NCBI GenBank assembly: GCA_004431415.1
Contig: QPMI01000474.1
Location: 62,001-126,000, forward strand
Direction: 5' to 3'
DNA from: Cyanophora paradoxa CCMP329
Taxonomy: Eukaryota; Plantae; Glaucophyta
DNA length: 64,000 nucleotides
A model generated the notes under the pieces. It saw only the letters and a program-made list of their open reading frames with translations. It was not told the origin of the DNA and did no database searches. Positions 25,501-38,876 of this stretch are shown one piece after another (position 1 is the first letter of the stretch; the number at the start of each line of letters is the position of its first letter). A program made the translations under genes and the position numbers.

Positions 25501-28500
25501 GGCGGGGCGGGGCGGGGCGGGGCGCGCCTCGGCGAGGAGGACGGAGAGGAAGAGGGGGCTCCCGCACTGCGCCGCCCCCGCAATCCGCGCCATCTGCCGC
25601 CGTCCGTCACAACAAGCGGAGCTAGTCGGGAGAAGGGCGTGCGCGCGCCCGCGGGGCGGCCATGCCCTTGCCGGCGAGGGCGAGGTCAGCCTCCACCATC
25701 GCCGCCACCTCCCCCGACCCCAGCGGGCCAAGCTGCGCGCGCGTGCCGCCCGCTCGGCCCCGGCGACGGGCCCCTCGGGACGGGAGGGAGGGCGGCGGGG
25801 CGGCGCGCCTCGAGGCGGGAGAAGGGCTCCAGCTTGGCCCGCAGCGCCTCGTCTTTCGCGGCCGCGGCTGCGCGCGAGGGCGTCGCGAAGGAACCGCAGG
25901 CAAGAGGGGCGAGGGAAGGGGGAGCTCGAGGGCGCGCAGTCCGCCGTGAGGGAGACGACAACGCGGAGGCGACCCGAGGCGGCGTCGCCGGGCAGCCACA
26001 CGAGCCGCCGCGCCTCCGCCCCCCCGAACTGCCGCCCCGCCCGCCCGCCCGGTCGGGCCGAGCTCGAGGGGCGCGGTTGGAGTTTAGTTCGGGCGGCGCA
26101 CGCGGTCCACGCCGTCGACGAGGAGTAGGAGGCGGCGGGGGAGGGCCCCGCGGGAGGCCTGCAGCCAATCCGCGAATCTGGGCGGGTGGGGTCAGGGCCG
26201 GGGGCAGAGAGCGGGGGGGAGGACGGGGACGGGGGCGGGCACCGGCCGCAGACGGCGGCGTCGTCGTCCCAGCCCCCGCGGGCCTCCTCCTGCACGCCCG
26301 GCCCGCCCGCCCGTCGGCCAGGCGGCCGGGCGGGGAACGCCCGGCATACAGGCGCACCTCCTCGAGGGACGCGTCGGGCTCCCCGCGCCACGCCGCCGCC
26401 TCCTCCCGCACCCGCCTGCGCACGAGCGCGCTCGCGTGCTGGGCGAGGGGCGGGGGGCGGGGTGGGGCGCACCGGAAGAGGCCGACGATGGCGGTGCCGC
26501 CCTCGGCCGCCCCCGCCACGTAGTGCTCCACCACCAGCTGCCCGCCCCGCCCCCTCCTCGTCCCGGGACAAGGGTGTGGGGGGGACGGACGTAAGGGTAC
26601 GGCACCTCGTCGGGGTGCTGGGCGCGCCACTGCCCCGCGAACTGTGCGAGCAGCGCTGCGCGGCGGCAGAGCGTCAAGGAGGAGAGGGGCGAAGGGGAGG
26701 GGGCCGGCGGGGGCGCGCCGCTCTTGCCAAGGCCCTCGGCCCCGAGGAGGGCGAGGGGCGCCGGGCTCGCCCCCGCCGCGTACCCCCGCAGCGCCGCCAG
26801 CGGCCCCTCCCGCCCCACGAACGCCCTCCGCAGCATCTGCCCGCACGCCGCCGGCTCGGACCGGAGTACCCGCACACTTTCGGGGGAAGGGGGGGTACCT
26901 CGCCCTCGGCGAAGTGCTCGAGGCGGCGCTCCTCGGCCCACGAGAGGCCCGCCCCCACCGGGTAATCCCGCTCCAGCAGCTGCCCGGGGAGGGGGAGGGG
27001 TGTTACAAAGTGGGGGGTAGATCAGGCGACCGCCGGGGCGAGGGGGGGCGTTGGGGGGTACGCTCGCCCGGAGGAGGTCGTCGTGGAGGGCCTCCGCGAG
27101 GGCCGCCGGCGAGTCGTACCCCCGCGTCGGCATCCCCGCCGCGGCGACCTGCGGGGCGGGCGGGCGGGAGCGGAGCTGAGGGGAGGCGGAGCGGGGGCGG
27201 CGGGGTACGGCGCGCCTCCCGCTTGAGAGCCTCCAGGCGCGCCGCCTGCGGAGCAGTCGCGACCGGTTCGGCCGGCTCGGCCGGGGCGGGGCGGGGCCAG
27301 GGGCGGGGTTTGGTGGGGCGGGGCGCGCACGGCGTAGGGCCCCTCGGGCTCCCCACCCGCGGGGTCGGCCGCCACCATATCGGCGCCGGCGATGTAGAAG
27401 AGGCTCCGCCCCGCGCCTCCTGCGCCGGCGTCGACGCAGGCCGCGCCGGGCGGGCGGGCGGGGGGGGGGGGGGGGGGGGGGGGGGGGCCACCTCGGGCCG
27501 CAGGAGGGAGCCCAGGCGGATCTCCCTGCGAGGGACGCTCGAAGAAGGGGCGAGGGGGGCGCTTGGGGCGGAAGGGTACGGCGCACAGCTCGGTGACGCT
27601 GTTGTCGCGGTGCGCCCGCACGAAGGGGTACTCCCCCGCCGCGTTCTCCAGGGCACTGCGCCGCCGCCTCAGAGCGGGGAGGCGAGCGCGGAGCGGGCGC
27701 GGGGTGGGCGCGCGTGGCGAGGAGCGGGTCCTCCTTTCCCGGCGGAAGGTGCCACCCTGCGCAAATCGGCGGCCCGGGCCCGGGGCCCCTTTCGATCGCG
27801 ACCGGCCAGGCCGGCTGGGGGCGGCGGGGGCGGGAGCGGGGCACCGTAGCGGCCTGCGGGGGACGCGCGGTCAGCCGGCGGTCAGCCCGGCACGGGAGCT
27901 GCGCCGCCGCGGGCCGGGCGCGCGCCTTTGATCATGGCGGCGAAGTAGGAGGCGCGCTCGACCTCGCGCAGGCAGAGAAGGACCACCTTGCCGCCCTGCA
28001 CCTCCTCCTCCGTGATCCCCTGCGCTGCCCCCGTCGCCCCGCGCCGGAGCGGCGGGGCGGGGCGGGGCGCGCGATGGCGCCGGCGAGGCGCCCACCCATC
28101 TGGGCGCGCGGAAGTGATGCGGCGGCCGGCGCGGCGGCGGGCGGGCGGCGCGGACCGGAGGTCGATGAAGGAGAGGAAGATGCCGCGCCGGGCGCACTCG
28201 CGGCGGAGTCGCGGGAGGGCGGAGCGGTTGATCTCGTTGCGCTCCTCCTGCATATCGCGGAAGCTGCGGCGCCCAAGGTCGTCGGCGCCGCCCCGGCCCG
28301 GGCTCGGGCGCGACAAGGCGACGCACGTAGAGCTGAGGAAGATGCGCAGCGTGCGCTTGTCCGTCGCCGAGCCGCCCCTGGGCCGCCCTGCGCGGAGCCC
28401 TCGGAGGTTACAATTTTGATCCATATCGATATCGGAGCTCGTACTGTCCGGGGGCGCACCCGTGTCTTTGGAGACATATGCATCGGATGAGAGCTGCATC

Positions 28501-28774
28501 TTGAGTGCATCGGGAACCCTGGCGCCGTGCACGACTGATGGCGCTGGCTGCTGAGCGGACGCTGCATGCGCAGCCGGCGCCAGCGGTGAGTCATCGAGAG
28601 CTGGCTGAGCTCTCAGTTGGTCAGCACTGACTCAGCAGTACGCGCGGAAGCCGCTGGAACACGTCGTACGCTCACCGGAGGAGGCGGCGCTCCAGATCGA
28701 TGGACCGCGTGCTGAGCGCTCCCGCGGCCGCTCTCCGTCCTCGGCTTCCGCCGGCACATACCGAAGAGCCCCAT
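22562..28774 (-). CDS. DUF4062 + STAND/AAA NTPase + TPR protein (nephrocystin-3/TEP1/TTC41-like architecture), multi-exon
   Basis: LRIFLSST/FRDMQEERNEI..FIDLR/GITEEE..LCLREVE (DUF4062); Walker A LLGAEGLGKS; Walker B-like LLVDGVD; LVWLP; CGSPLFLSVLL; kinesin-light-chain-like TPRs (LGAGHPLTVETTNALA). Confidence 0.85.
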
Positions 28775-29139
28775 GGCGACGCGGGCAACGCTTACGTGCA
28801 GTCGACGTCCCTTAGCCTGGCCAAACAGTTGGCGCTGCCGTTGATGGCTTGAGCTGGAGCTGGAGCCCGACCTGACGGCTAGCTTGACGGCTAGACTGGC
28901 GGCTGCCGGCCGCGGCGCGAGCCGGAGCTGCGCATGCCGGCGCCGCATGCGCAGTGCGGCCGCGGCCGGCGCCGGCGCCGGCCGCAGTAGCGCTAGCGCG
29001 GCACTGCGGCACATCGATATCCCGCATCACCCACTGCCAAGCGGAGGCAGGGGTCGCCCAGCTAGCGCCGCGCGCCCGCGGCGCTGCAGCAGCGCGGTCC
29101 GCTGCACAGAGCAGCGCGGCGTTCGTCGCCACTCTCGCT

Positions 29140-31830
29140 TCAAGCTTTCATTTCACTGCCAAGGCCTCCAGGAGCCTTGGAGGAGAAGGCACACGGCCAG
29201 GAGCTCGCGGCTCTAGGAGCCTGCCTACTCGTAGCTGGAGGGGTCGTAGTCCTGCGGGCGGGCCCGGGGCCGCGGCCCCCTCCACGGTCACCCAGGCCTG
29301 TGAAAGCGCGAAGACGGGCGCGGGGGGTACGCACCTCGCCGAAGAAACGGTCCACGAGCTGAGCGGAGCGGCGGGCGAGCTCCTCGTCCTAAGGGGGGAG
29401 GGATGAGGGGGGAAAGAAAGAAGGGGAAGGGGGGTAGGGGCTCCCTGACGCGCCTGCCCCATCTGTAGGCTCTCGATCGCGTCGATCCCGTCCGCCTCCT
29501 CGACCAGCCGCGGGCCCTGCAGGGGGTACGTCAGAGGGGAGGGGGGTACGGGGGGTACGGGGAGGGAGAGCGGGCCCTGGGGTGTCGCTCGAGGACCATG
29601 TGGACGAAGGAGAGGGCCGCCCGCGCGATCTCCGCGTCCGGCGCCCGCAGCAGCTGCTCCGCCTGTGAGGGGGAGGGGCGGCGCTGGGCCGGGCTGGAGG
29701 GGGGTACGCGGGCCTGGAGGAAGGGGGGTAGGCAGCCGGCCTGGACGAGGGCGACGGCGTGGCGCCCGTCCGCCCCCAGATTCGCCACCGCGAACGCGGC
29801 CTGGGGGGTACGCCATCTCAGAACAGGGGCAGGGCGGGGGTACAGGGGCACGCCTCGCGCTTGACGTCGAAGGGGGCGGAGGAGAGGAGGTGGGCGAGGG
29901 GGGGGAGGAGCCCGGCGCCCAGGGCCGCGTCCGCGTAGTCCGGGCCCGTACCCGTCACGTTCGACACGATCCAGGCCGCCTGTCGGGGTACGAGGTAAGA
30001 AACTGTGTTGTGACCCGTACCCCCCGCGGCCTCCCACCTCCTTAGCGGTCGCGCGGTGCTCCTCGGAGGCGAGGAGGCGGCGGAGGGCCTCCAGGAAGGC
30101 GGGGCCTGCGCCGGGGAGGGGTACGGGTTCGCTGCGGCGGGGCGGGCGGGGCGCGGGGGCGGGCCCTGGTGGAGGAGGACGGCGACGTGCTCGGCGGGGC
30201 CCGAGGCGACGTTCCCGAGGGCGCGGAGGAGCGGCGTCAGCGCCCGCCCGCCCGCCGGCCGCTGCGGGTCCGCCACGCGCGCCACCTGCCGCCCCGGGGC
30301 GGTCGGCCGGAGGGGCGCGGCGCGGGCGGAAGGCCGCGGGGGGTACCATCGCGGAGACGACGCCGGCGTCGATGAGCTGCCGCGCGTTGCCGTCCTCCCC
30401 CGCCGTCAGGTACGACCTGGGGGGGGGGGGGTACGGGTCGAAGGCTGGGGGCGGGTGCAGGGAAAGAGGGGCGCACAGGAGCCACGCGACTTCCTCCTGC
30501 GTCTCGTCGTCCTGCGGGGGAGGGGGGGGGGGGGGGGAGTCGGCGGGGCTCACGTAGGCGGCCGCGGGGTACGACACCGCGAGGGAGGCGGGGGGTTGAT
30601 GGCGAGGGGGCCACGGCCTGCGGGCGGGCGAGGGGATCGTACCCCTCCCCGACAGGAGGGGGGGAGGCGGGGGGGGGTACGGGGACGACGCCGAGGGGGA
30701 AGTAGTCGTCGACGCGGGGGCGCGGGCCGCGGACGAGGTTCGTGAGGGCCCACGACGCCGTCTGCACCAGCGACGCCGACTGCCGCGGGACGAGGACTCG
30801 GTGACTCGGCGGGCCGGCGGCGCGGCGGGCGGGGCGGGCGGGCGGGCGGGGCGCACGCGCGCGGCGCGGAGGACGGCGATGAGGGCGGCGCGGCGCCCTC
30901 CGCCCGCAGCTGCGCGGGCCTCGCCCGGGGCGGGGGGCGCGGGGCGGGGGCGGGGGGCGGGAGGGTGGCGCGCCTTGTCGCGGAGCTCGACGCTGTCGCC
31001 GGCGATGTTGCCGAGGGCCCACGCGCCCTGCTCCTGGAGGATCTGCCCCCGCCGCTCGCAGAGGGGCGGCGCGGAGGGCCGGGGCCGGCGGGCACCGCGT
31101 CGCCGGAGGCCACCAGAGCGATGAGCTGCGGGGAGAGGGCGGCGACGGCCGCTGTCTCCTCGTGCGTCCCGGTCGCGATGTCTGCCCGCCCGGCCGCCCC
31201 GCGCGAGTGAGCGAGCCGGCGCCGGCGCCGGGGCGCGGCGCACTCGTGCAGATCCACGCCGCCTCCATCCTGTGCTCCGCGCTCGCCTCCCCGAGGACGC
31301 GCTGCCGGCGGGGCGGGCCGGGGCGGGCCGGCTCGGGCGAGGCGAGGACGGGGCGCGCCCCGCCGGCCGGCCGCGCACCGCGAGGCGCTCGAGGAGGCCC
31401 ATGGAGAGCGCGCGGGCGATGGGGGCGCCCTCCTCGGCGCTCAGCGCGCGCCGCAGCCGCCGCAGCGCCTCCGTCCGCGCCGCCGTCGCGCCCTCCTGCC
31501 GCGGCGGCGCTCAGCGGGGCGCCGGCGGCCGGCGCGCCGCCCCGCGCACGTCGAGCGCCCGAATGAGCTGCTGGAGCTCGGCGTCGGTCATCGCGGGGCC
31601 CGTGTCTGCGCTCGCTCAGCGCCAGCTGGTTCCCGCGCGGGCGCCGGCGGACCCATCTCATCTTCGCCGGCGCCGCTGGCCTTCCTGCGCTTGAGCACCT
31701 CGCCTTTGCGCTTGTCCTTGCGCAGCTCGGCGAAGGCGCGCTCCTTTTCCTTGCGCGCGGCGCCCGGGTCGAGGGTCTTCTTGTAATCCTTCGCCCGCGA
31801 CGCGCCGCCCTTGCCGCCGCCGTGCTCCAT
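29140..31830 (-). CDS. Importin-alpha-like ARM-repeat protein (IMPA-9/TMCO6-like), multi-exon
   Basis: IBB-like ELRKDKRKGEVLKRRK; EAAWICT, EQGAWALGNIAGDSVELRD, TASWALTNL, LRALGNV, APFDVKREAAFAVANL, VEEADGIDAIE, VDRFFGE. Confidence 0.9.
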
Positions 31831-32396
31831 TGCGCTCCCGGCGTCGACCGTCTGCCGGTCGCACGTCGGCGCGTGACGGCTGCACTGGGCGCGTGCGAAG
31901 GATGTAACTTGGCGGCCGGGGGCGATGCGGATCACCGGAGCCGCTTCGAATTCTGGCGGGCTAGTGGACAGAGCGTGTACCCAGCTGCTAAAGCACCCGG
32001 TACCCCGTCTCAGTGTGATCCCCCGCATGAATAATATTATAGCTCGATCGTCCGCGCTCGTGCACGATCGAACCGGTTCGCGTTTTCCCAGCTTTTCGGC
32101 GGGCCGGCTCACGGCCCGGGTACCGGGCCACGGCAGGCTCCAGAGGCGCGCCGACGCGCCCGGCGGCCACCTCCGATATCGATTCCGCTTAAGCTCTTAG
32201 AGACCGGAAGAACGCCTCGAGTGATCGCCGATCGGAGCTGACAGCCTGGCAGGCTAGCTGCAGCTGGCGCCGGCAGGTTGGAAAGAGAAGAGATCGGAGC
32301 CGCGTAAGCTTCGTCTAGCTGAGCACTTGCAGCATGCTGGCCTGTTAGCCGAAGGCCGCTGAAGTCCCGCGCACCCACGTTGCGTCGGCCGCGGCC

Positions 32397-35300
32397 ATGG
32401 AAGGAGGACGGCGCCGGAGCCAGCGGGCATGGAAGCGGTGTCGGAGGCCAGCGGGCCCCCACGGGCCCCCGTGTTCGCGCTGGCGCGTGCGCCCTTCCGC
32501 AGCGGCAGGGCATCTAGATGTGTTTAGAGCCGTGCAAGCGTGCCTCCTTGTGGCGCTCGCCCTCCCCGGCTCGGCGACGGCGAATCCAGCGGCAGTGACA
32601 GTCATCATCGGGGGGTGCGTGCCTTGTGATTGCGCCCAGCCACGCTCGTCCCCCCCTCGGCTCCGGCGTCTCGTGCCGGCCGCGGAGCTCCCGGTGACGA
32701 GACTGAGCCCGGCGCAGGACGTTCCAGCTGGCGCAGCCGGAGGGCGCCACGCTGGCCGACATCTTCGTCTTCGCCGTGGGCGAGGCGAACCGCACGCTCG
32801 CCCCGCCGGGCTTCGAGTTCGCGCCCCTCGTCGCCGACCAGGTCCGATCTTGGCTTTCGGCCCCCCCCCTCCCCTCCCTGCGCTGGCAGCGCCCGCCGCC
32901 CACGCCCGGCCGCCCCTCCGCCGCAGGGCCTCAACGCGAACGCCGCCGTCGGTTCCGGTGCGCGCGCGCCCTTGCTGGAACGCCGCTTCAAGGCTTGCAC
33001 ATTGCACAGAGGCCGAGGCTGGCGCTGACACTCACCCCCCCCTCCCCTTCACCCCCCCAAAAACACACACGCAGCGGTCTCCCTCGCCGGGGCCGGCGCT
33101 GCTATCATTATCGGGGTGAGCGCCCCCCCCTGCGCACCCCTTGCGCGCGCCCCTCGGCTGAGAGCGCGGCGCAGCTGCGGACGTCTGCGGCCGCCCAGCC
33201 GATGGTGCCCCGCCTCGCCCCGCGGCCTCGGGCCTCGCCTCGCCTTGCCGGGCGCTGAGGGGCGGGCCGGGGCCGGCGCAGTCGTACGCGCTGAACAACT
33301 ACGAGCTCACGCACATATCCGTCACGGCCACCGCGCCGACCTTCTCCAACAAGGCCGAGGCCCGCCCTCCCCACTCGATCCCCCCTCGCCCCAGCCCCCC
33401 TCCCAACACCCCCCGCCCCCCCCGCCGCGCAGTTCCCGTACTACGGGCGGGTGGTGCCGAGCGACGCGCTGCAGGGCCCGGCGATCGCGGAGGTCCTCGC
33501 CGCCTTCGGCTGGCGCCGCCTCTCCATCGCGTTCACCCTCGACGTCTACGGTGAGCCGGCCGGCGAGCCGCTCTCGACGACCCAGCCGGGTTTCCTTGAG
33601 GGCGCCGCTGACGCCCGGGGCCGGGGCGCGGTGCAGGCCAGGGCATCTCGGCGAGCTTCGCGGAGCGGGCGCGGGCGCTGAACCTGACCCTCGCCGCCTC
33701 CGCCTCGTTCTTCCCCTCGGCGGACCCCGCGGCGGCGGTGGCGGCGCTGCGGGCGGCCGAGGCGCGCGTCGTCGTCCTCGCGATGCTCCACGCCGACGCG
33801 GCCCGCTTCGTGGCCGCCGCGCTCGCCGCCGGCATGACCGGCGACCAGTACGCCTACCTCTGCAGCGACTCCCTCGGTGACCGAACGCCCACCGCTTTCC
33901 TTCCTCCCTTTCTTGTAGAGCCCACGTTCTCCTTCTCTTTGATCCGAGGGACGAAACAAACCCCTTTAAAAATCCTCTTTGCTCTTAAGCTTCAAACCAG
34001 CAAGCGAAGCTTCGCCGCCCCCGCCATCTTTCTGAAGGGCGGCGCGGCAGCGGTGGAGACGTCGCTGGTGGGGAAGCCGGCGGCCGTCCTCGCGGCGATG
34101 GACGGGATGCTGGGCGTGCGGACTTTCGCCGGCTCGGCCTCCTCGGACGCCTTCGCCGACCTCGAGCGCGGCTGGGCCGCCGCCGAGGCCGCCCGCCCTC
34201 TACGGCCGCCCCGGGCGATCCCCTACTACGGCCTCTTCACGTGGGACGCCGTGCAGGCGTCGGCGCGCGCCCTCGCCTCGCTGCCCCGCGAGGCGCTCCG
34301 CAACGCCTCCGCATCGGCCCCGGGCCCCAGCGGCCCCGGAGGCCTCCGCAAGAGCCCCCTCGGCCAGGTGCCCGCGGCCGCGCCTCCTCCGCCCCTTCCC
34401 TTCTTCATTTTCGCGGCAGCGGCTGTACGCGTCGCTGGTGGGGACGCGGTTCGAGGGGGTGACGGGCCCCGTGGCCTTCACTGCGGCCGGGGACCGCGTG
34501 GGCATCTACGAGCTCGTCAACCTGCGGGGCGGCGCCTGGGCCCGCGTCGCTACCTACGACCCCGCCCGCGGCCTCGACCCTCCCCGCCCCGCCGTCCGCT
34601 TCTTCGGCGGGCGCCCCGACCCGCCCTCGGACCGCCTCTCCTGCCCCGCCGGCAACGCGCGCCCGCCCCGCCCCGCCCCCTTGGCTTGACTCCAGCTGAG
34701 CCGGCCCCCTCTCCACAGGTTCCGGACGGGCAGGGGGTCGGGTGCGTCCCGTGCCCCGCCGGCTCCTTCGCCGCCCGCCCCGGCTCGGCCGCCTGCGCCC
34801 CCTGCCCCCAGGGCTTCGCCGCCCCCGACGCCGGCTCCGCCTCCTGCGCCCCGTGCGAGCCCCGCCCCCCTTCCTTCTCCCGATCCGATGATCTGACGAT
34901 CTCTGCGCAGGTGCGAGCCCGGGAGCTTCCAGGACCGCGTGGGGCAGACGGCCTGCGTCCTCGCCGACCCGGGCTTCTACGTCCCCTCCCCCAACGCCTC
35001 CGCCCCGCTCCCCTGCCCCGGTCCGCCCCTAGCGACCCCTCCCGCGCTGCTCGTCCGCTCACCTGTTCGCGGGCAGCGCTGGCGACGACGCGGCGGCAGG
35101 GGGCGCTGCGGGCCTCGGAGTGCCACTGCGCGCGCTCGACGTACGCGCCGGGCCCCTTTGGCGACGTCGCCGGCCCCGCCGCCAAGTGCCTCGCCTGCCC
35201 CGCGGGGGCCTACTGCGACGGGCCCCTCCCGCCCCGCGCCCTCCCGGGCTTCTACGAGGCCCCCTGGGCCCGCTTCACCGGCTTCCAGCGCTGTCCGGAG

Positions 35301-38300
35301 GCGGAGGCCTGCCTCGGGGGCCCGGAGCCGGCCCCCGCCGTCCTTCAAGCGGCCGCCCTCAACCAGAGCCTCTCGTTCGCCCTCGCACCGCCCCCCGAGG
35401 CCTGCGCGCCGGGGTACGAGGGCCCGCTCTGCTCGGTGTGCACGGAGGGGTACGGGCGCGGGGGCCCCTTCCAGTGCGCGCCCTGCATGCCGGCCGAGGC
35501 GATCTGGTTCATCGTCGCCGCCGGTGCGCCCCGATGGAATCGAGCACCTCGAGTAGGTACAGGCGGCTCCTGACGCGGCGCTCCGCGGCCCCCAGGCGCC
35601 CTCGCGATCGTCCTCGGGATCCTCCTCCTCGTCGTCCGCACGTGCGCGCGCTCCTCGAGCCCTCGCCCTCGCCCTCCGCCGCGGCAGCCTGAGGGGCGTG
35701 GCCCCCAGGGTGAAGTCGGCGCTGAAGCCGGCGGCGCGGGGCCCCGTCTACATCAAGATCCTCCTCTCCTACGTCCAGCTCCTCTCCTTCTGCAAGTTCT
35801 CCACCCCCTGGAGTGAGCCGCTTCGAGCTCTCCAGAACAGATTAAGCATCATCGAGCCGCCGCGCTGACTGCTGTGCCCGGCAGCGGCGGCGCTGAACGG
35901 CTTCTTCCGGGTGGCCTCCTCGGGGGTCTCCCCCCTCGACACCGTCTTCTCTGCCGACTGCGCCCTCCGCAACCGCCGCGGCTCCTTCGACTTCTACGGT
36001 GCCGCCCCGTACCCCCCCTTCCTTTCCTTTCCTTTTCCTTTCCTTTTCGCGCCTTTTCTTTTCTTTTCTTATGGACCGCAGACCGCCTGCGCATCGTCGT
36101 CGGGGCCCCCGGCGTGCGCCCGTGCCCCTCTGATTCTGAGCCCGCCCGCCTCGCCCCGCCCTGCTGATCGGGCCGCAGGTGGCGCTCCTGGTCGCGCTCT
36201 TCGTGTTCCTCGTTGGCCGCTTCTCCTCGCGCGCCCGCCGCCTCCTCGCCGACAAGGAGGCGGCATCCCCCCTCTCCGGCTCCCCCCGCGCCTCCGCCCC
36301 CGGCCCCGGCCCCGGCCCGGCCCCGGGCCTGGCGCCCTCGAACGTCGTCGCCCGGCGCTACGTCGACGAGGAGGCGGGGAGCGAGGCGGGGCGGGACTCG
36401 CCGGCCTCGCGCTCCTCGCTGATCCCCGGCGGCCCCGCGGTGCCGACGCCGCCGGGCGGGCACGCGAGGCGGGCGCGGGCCGGCGCTCGGTGCTGGGCTC
36501 CCTCGACGACCTGCGGGCGGCGGCGGCGGAGTACCGGCGCTCGTCGGTGGCGTCGGACGCCGACCGCTACGGCGCCGGCCTCCTCCTCGCCACGATGAGC
36601 CTCCACGCCGAGCTCGGGTCCGGCGCCGCCCGCCGCGGCAGCGGCGAGGGGAGGGACCCGGCTCCGCCTCGGCCCCCGGCGGCGGCGGGGGCGGCCGGCG
36701 CAAGGCGTCGGTTTCGGGGCGCCGCCTCTCGCGCGCCATGCGCTCCGTCTCCTCCATTGCGGCCAAGGCGCGCCCCCGCCCCCCGGCGCCAGCAGCTCGC
36801 CCCGCGCGTACGCGGCCCCCTCACGCGACCGCCCGCGCGCAGTTCTACGTGCCGTCCGCCGCGGACTACTTCTGGTCGTCGACGATCCTGCTCGTCTTCC
36901 TTCTGCACCCCGCCATCACCGAGACCGTCCTCCTCGCCTTCCGCTGCACCTCCGTCCAGGCCCGCCCGCCCCGTCCCAACTCCTCTCCTTTCCTCGACTT
37001 CGAAGCGATCTCGAGGCGAGCGCAGGGGCGGCGCTTCCTGTACGCCGACCTCCGCATCGACTGCGAGGGGGACGACTTCCGGCGCTCGACCCTCGGCCTC
37101 GCCCTCCCCGCCCTCTTCTCCCGTCCGCTGCTCTCCCCGCCCCCGCCCTCAGCCCCAGCCCCGGCTCAGGCGCGGGCCCCGCAGACGTGCTCCTGATGGG
37201 CTTCGCCCCCTTCGGGTTCCTCGTGTGGAAGCGGCGCGCGATCTTCGCGCCGCACCTGCGGACGCGCTTCGCGTTCCTCACCCGCGGCTACCGCCTCCGC
37301 GTCGTCTACTGGGAGGCCTTCGCCGTCGCCCGCAAGGCCCGCCCCGCCCCGCTGGAGCTCAGCCGAGCTCAGCTGAGCCTCGGGCGGGCAGATCCTCGTC
37401 GTCTTCATCGCCGTCTTCCTCTCCGAGGCGGCCTCGGCGCAGGCCCTCTCGGCCATCGGCGCCCTCGTCCTCAGTCAGCCGCCGCCGGCACCTCAGTCAG
37501 CCGTCGCCGCCCCTCGCCCCCTCTGAGAGGGGCCGGGGCGCGTGGCGCAGCGACGGCGGTGGCGGCGAAGGTGCAGCCCTTCGAGTTCCGCGAGGCGAAC
37601 ATCCTCGTGCGCCGCCCCCGCGCCCCCGCGCCCGCCCCGCCCGTCTCCCCCGCCCCTCACGGCCTCGCGCGCCCGCGCAGGAGACGTTCGCGGGCGTCTG
37701 CGTCACCATCTCCGTCTTCGGCGGCGCCTTCCTCACCGTGCGCAGCGCCGCCGGGCGGGCTCTCCAGCGCAGCGAGCGCTGGCTCGACCTCACGCGCCGC
37801 GCAGGTGGAGGCCGCCGAGGAGGCCGCGGGCGCCGCCGGCGGCTCGGGCTCGGGCTCCGGCCCGCAGCTCTCCGGGGAGCGGCAGGCGGCGATCGCGGCG
37901 ACGGTGCTCGCCATCAACTGCGCCTTCCTCGCCACCTGGGCCTACTACTTCCTCCGCGAGGCCGGCGCCCGCCTCGCGGCCCTCGCCTCCCGCCTCCGCC
38001 CCTCCCTCTCCGCCGCCGCCCCCGTCTCCCCGGCCCGCCCGCCCCCGCCTCCCGCCCCGACCTCGACCCCAGCCCGCCTCCCCGCCCCCGCTTCCCGCCG
38101 CCAAGGACGCCGGGGAGGGCGCCGACGGCGGCGCCGACGCGGCGGCGGCGCCGCGGGCGGTGCTGGACGGCGCCGGCATCTGGTCGCGCTTCGGCGGCTC
38201 GGGCCCCTTCGTCGTGCCGTCGCCGCCGCCCCGCCCGCCGCGGGCCGTGCGGGGCCCCAAGCCGGCCCCCTCGGGCGCTTCGCTCGCCGGGGCCGGCCCG

Positions 38301-38876
38301 GAGCCGCCCCTCGCCCTCGTCTTTGCCCTCCAGACGGACTACTGCTCGGCCGGTGAGGACAGCGCCGCGCGGCCCGGCTCCAGCCGCCAGTCCTCCTCCT
38401 TCCTCCTCGACGAGCCGCCGCCCGCGGCCAAGCTGGCGGCCGCCTCCGCCGCCCCGCCGCCGCCGCCGCCGCCGCCGATTGCGGGCTGGCCGCGCTGGGG
38501 AGCCTGGGGCCCGAGAGCGAGTTCGAGGGCGAGGGCGAGGGCGAGGGAGGCGGCTTCGGAGGAGCGGGCGGGGCGCTGGCGCCGGAGGACGAGGGGCCGC
38601 CCCGATGCCCCAGAAGAGGATGAGGATGATGATGATGAGGGGGAGGAGGAGGAGGAGGAGGAGGAGGAGGAGGAGGAGGAGGAGGGGGGGGCGGTGGCGG
38701 AGGTGCACCCCTGGGCGTCTTCCGCGCTCTGCTTTCCGGCGCCCTTCCTGGCGCGCGGGTTCGCCGGCAGAGGCGGCGGCGGCGGCGGCGGGGGCCGCCG
38801 GAGGGTCTCCGCGTCTCTCGCCAGCAGCTCCTCGGCGCGCTCGAGCACCGCCCTCGCCCCGCCCGAAGAGGCCTGA
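32397..38876 (+). CDS. Membrane receptor: Venus-flytrap (ANF-receptor) domain, Cys-rich repeats, multipass TM region; multi-exon
   Basis: Signal-like LLVALALPG; TATAPTFSNK/FPYYGRVVPSDALQG..FGWRR; FEGVTGPVAFTAAGDR; CVPCPAGSF repeats; TM segments IKILLSYVQLL, LLVFLLHPAITETVLLAFRC, FLYADLRIDC, FAFLTRGYR..YWE. Start codon uncertain. Confidence 0.82.
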
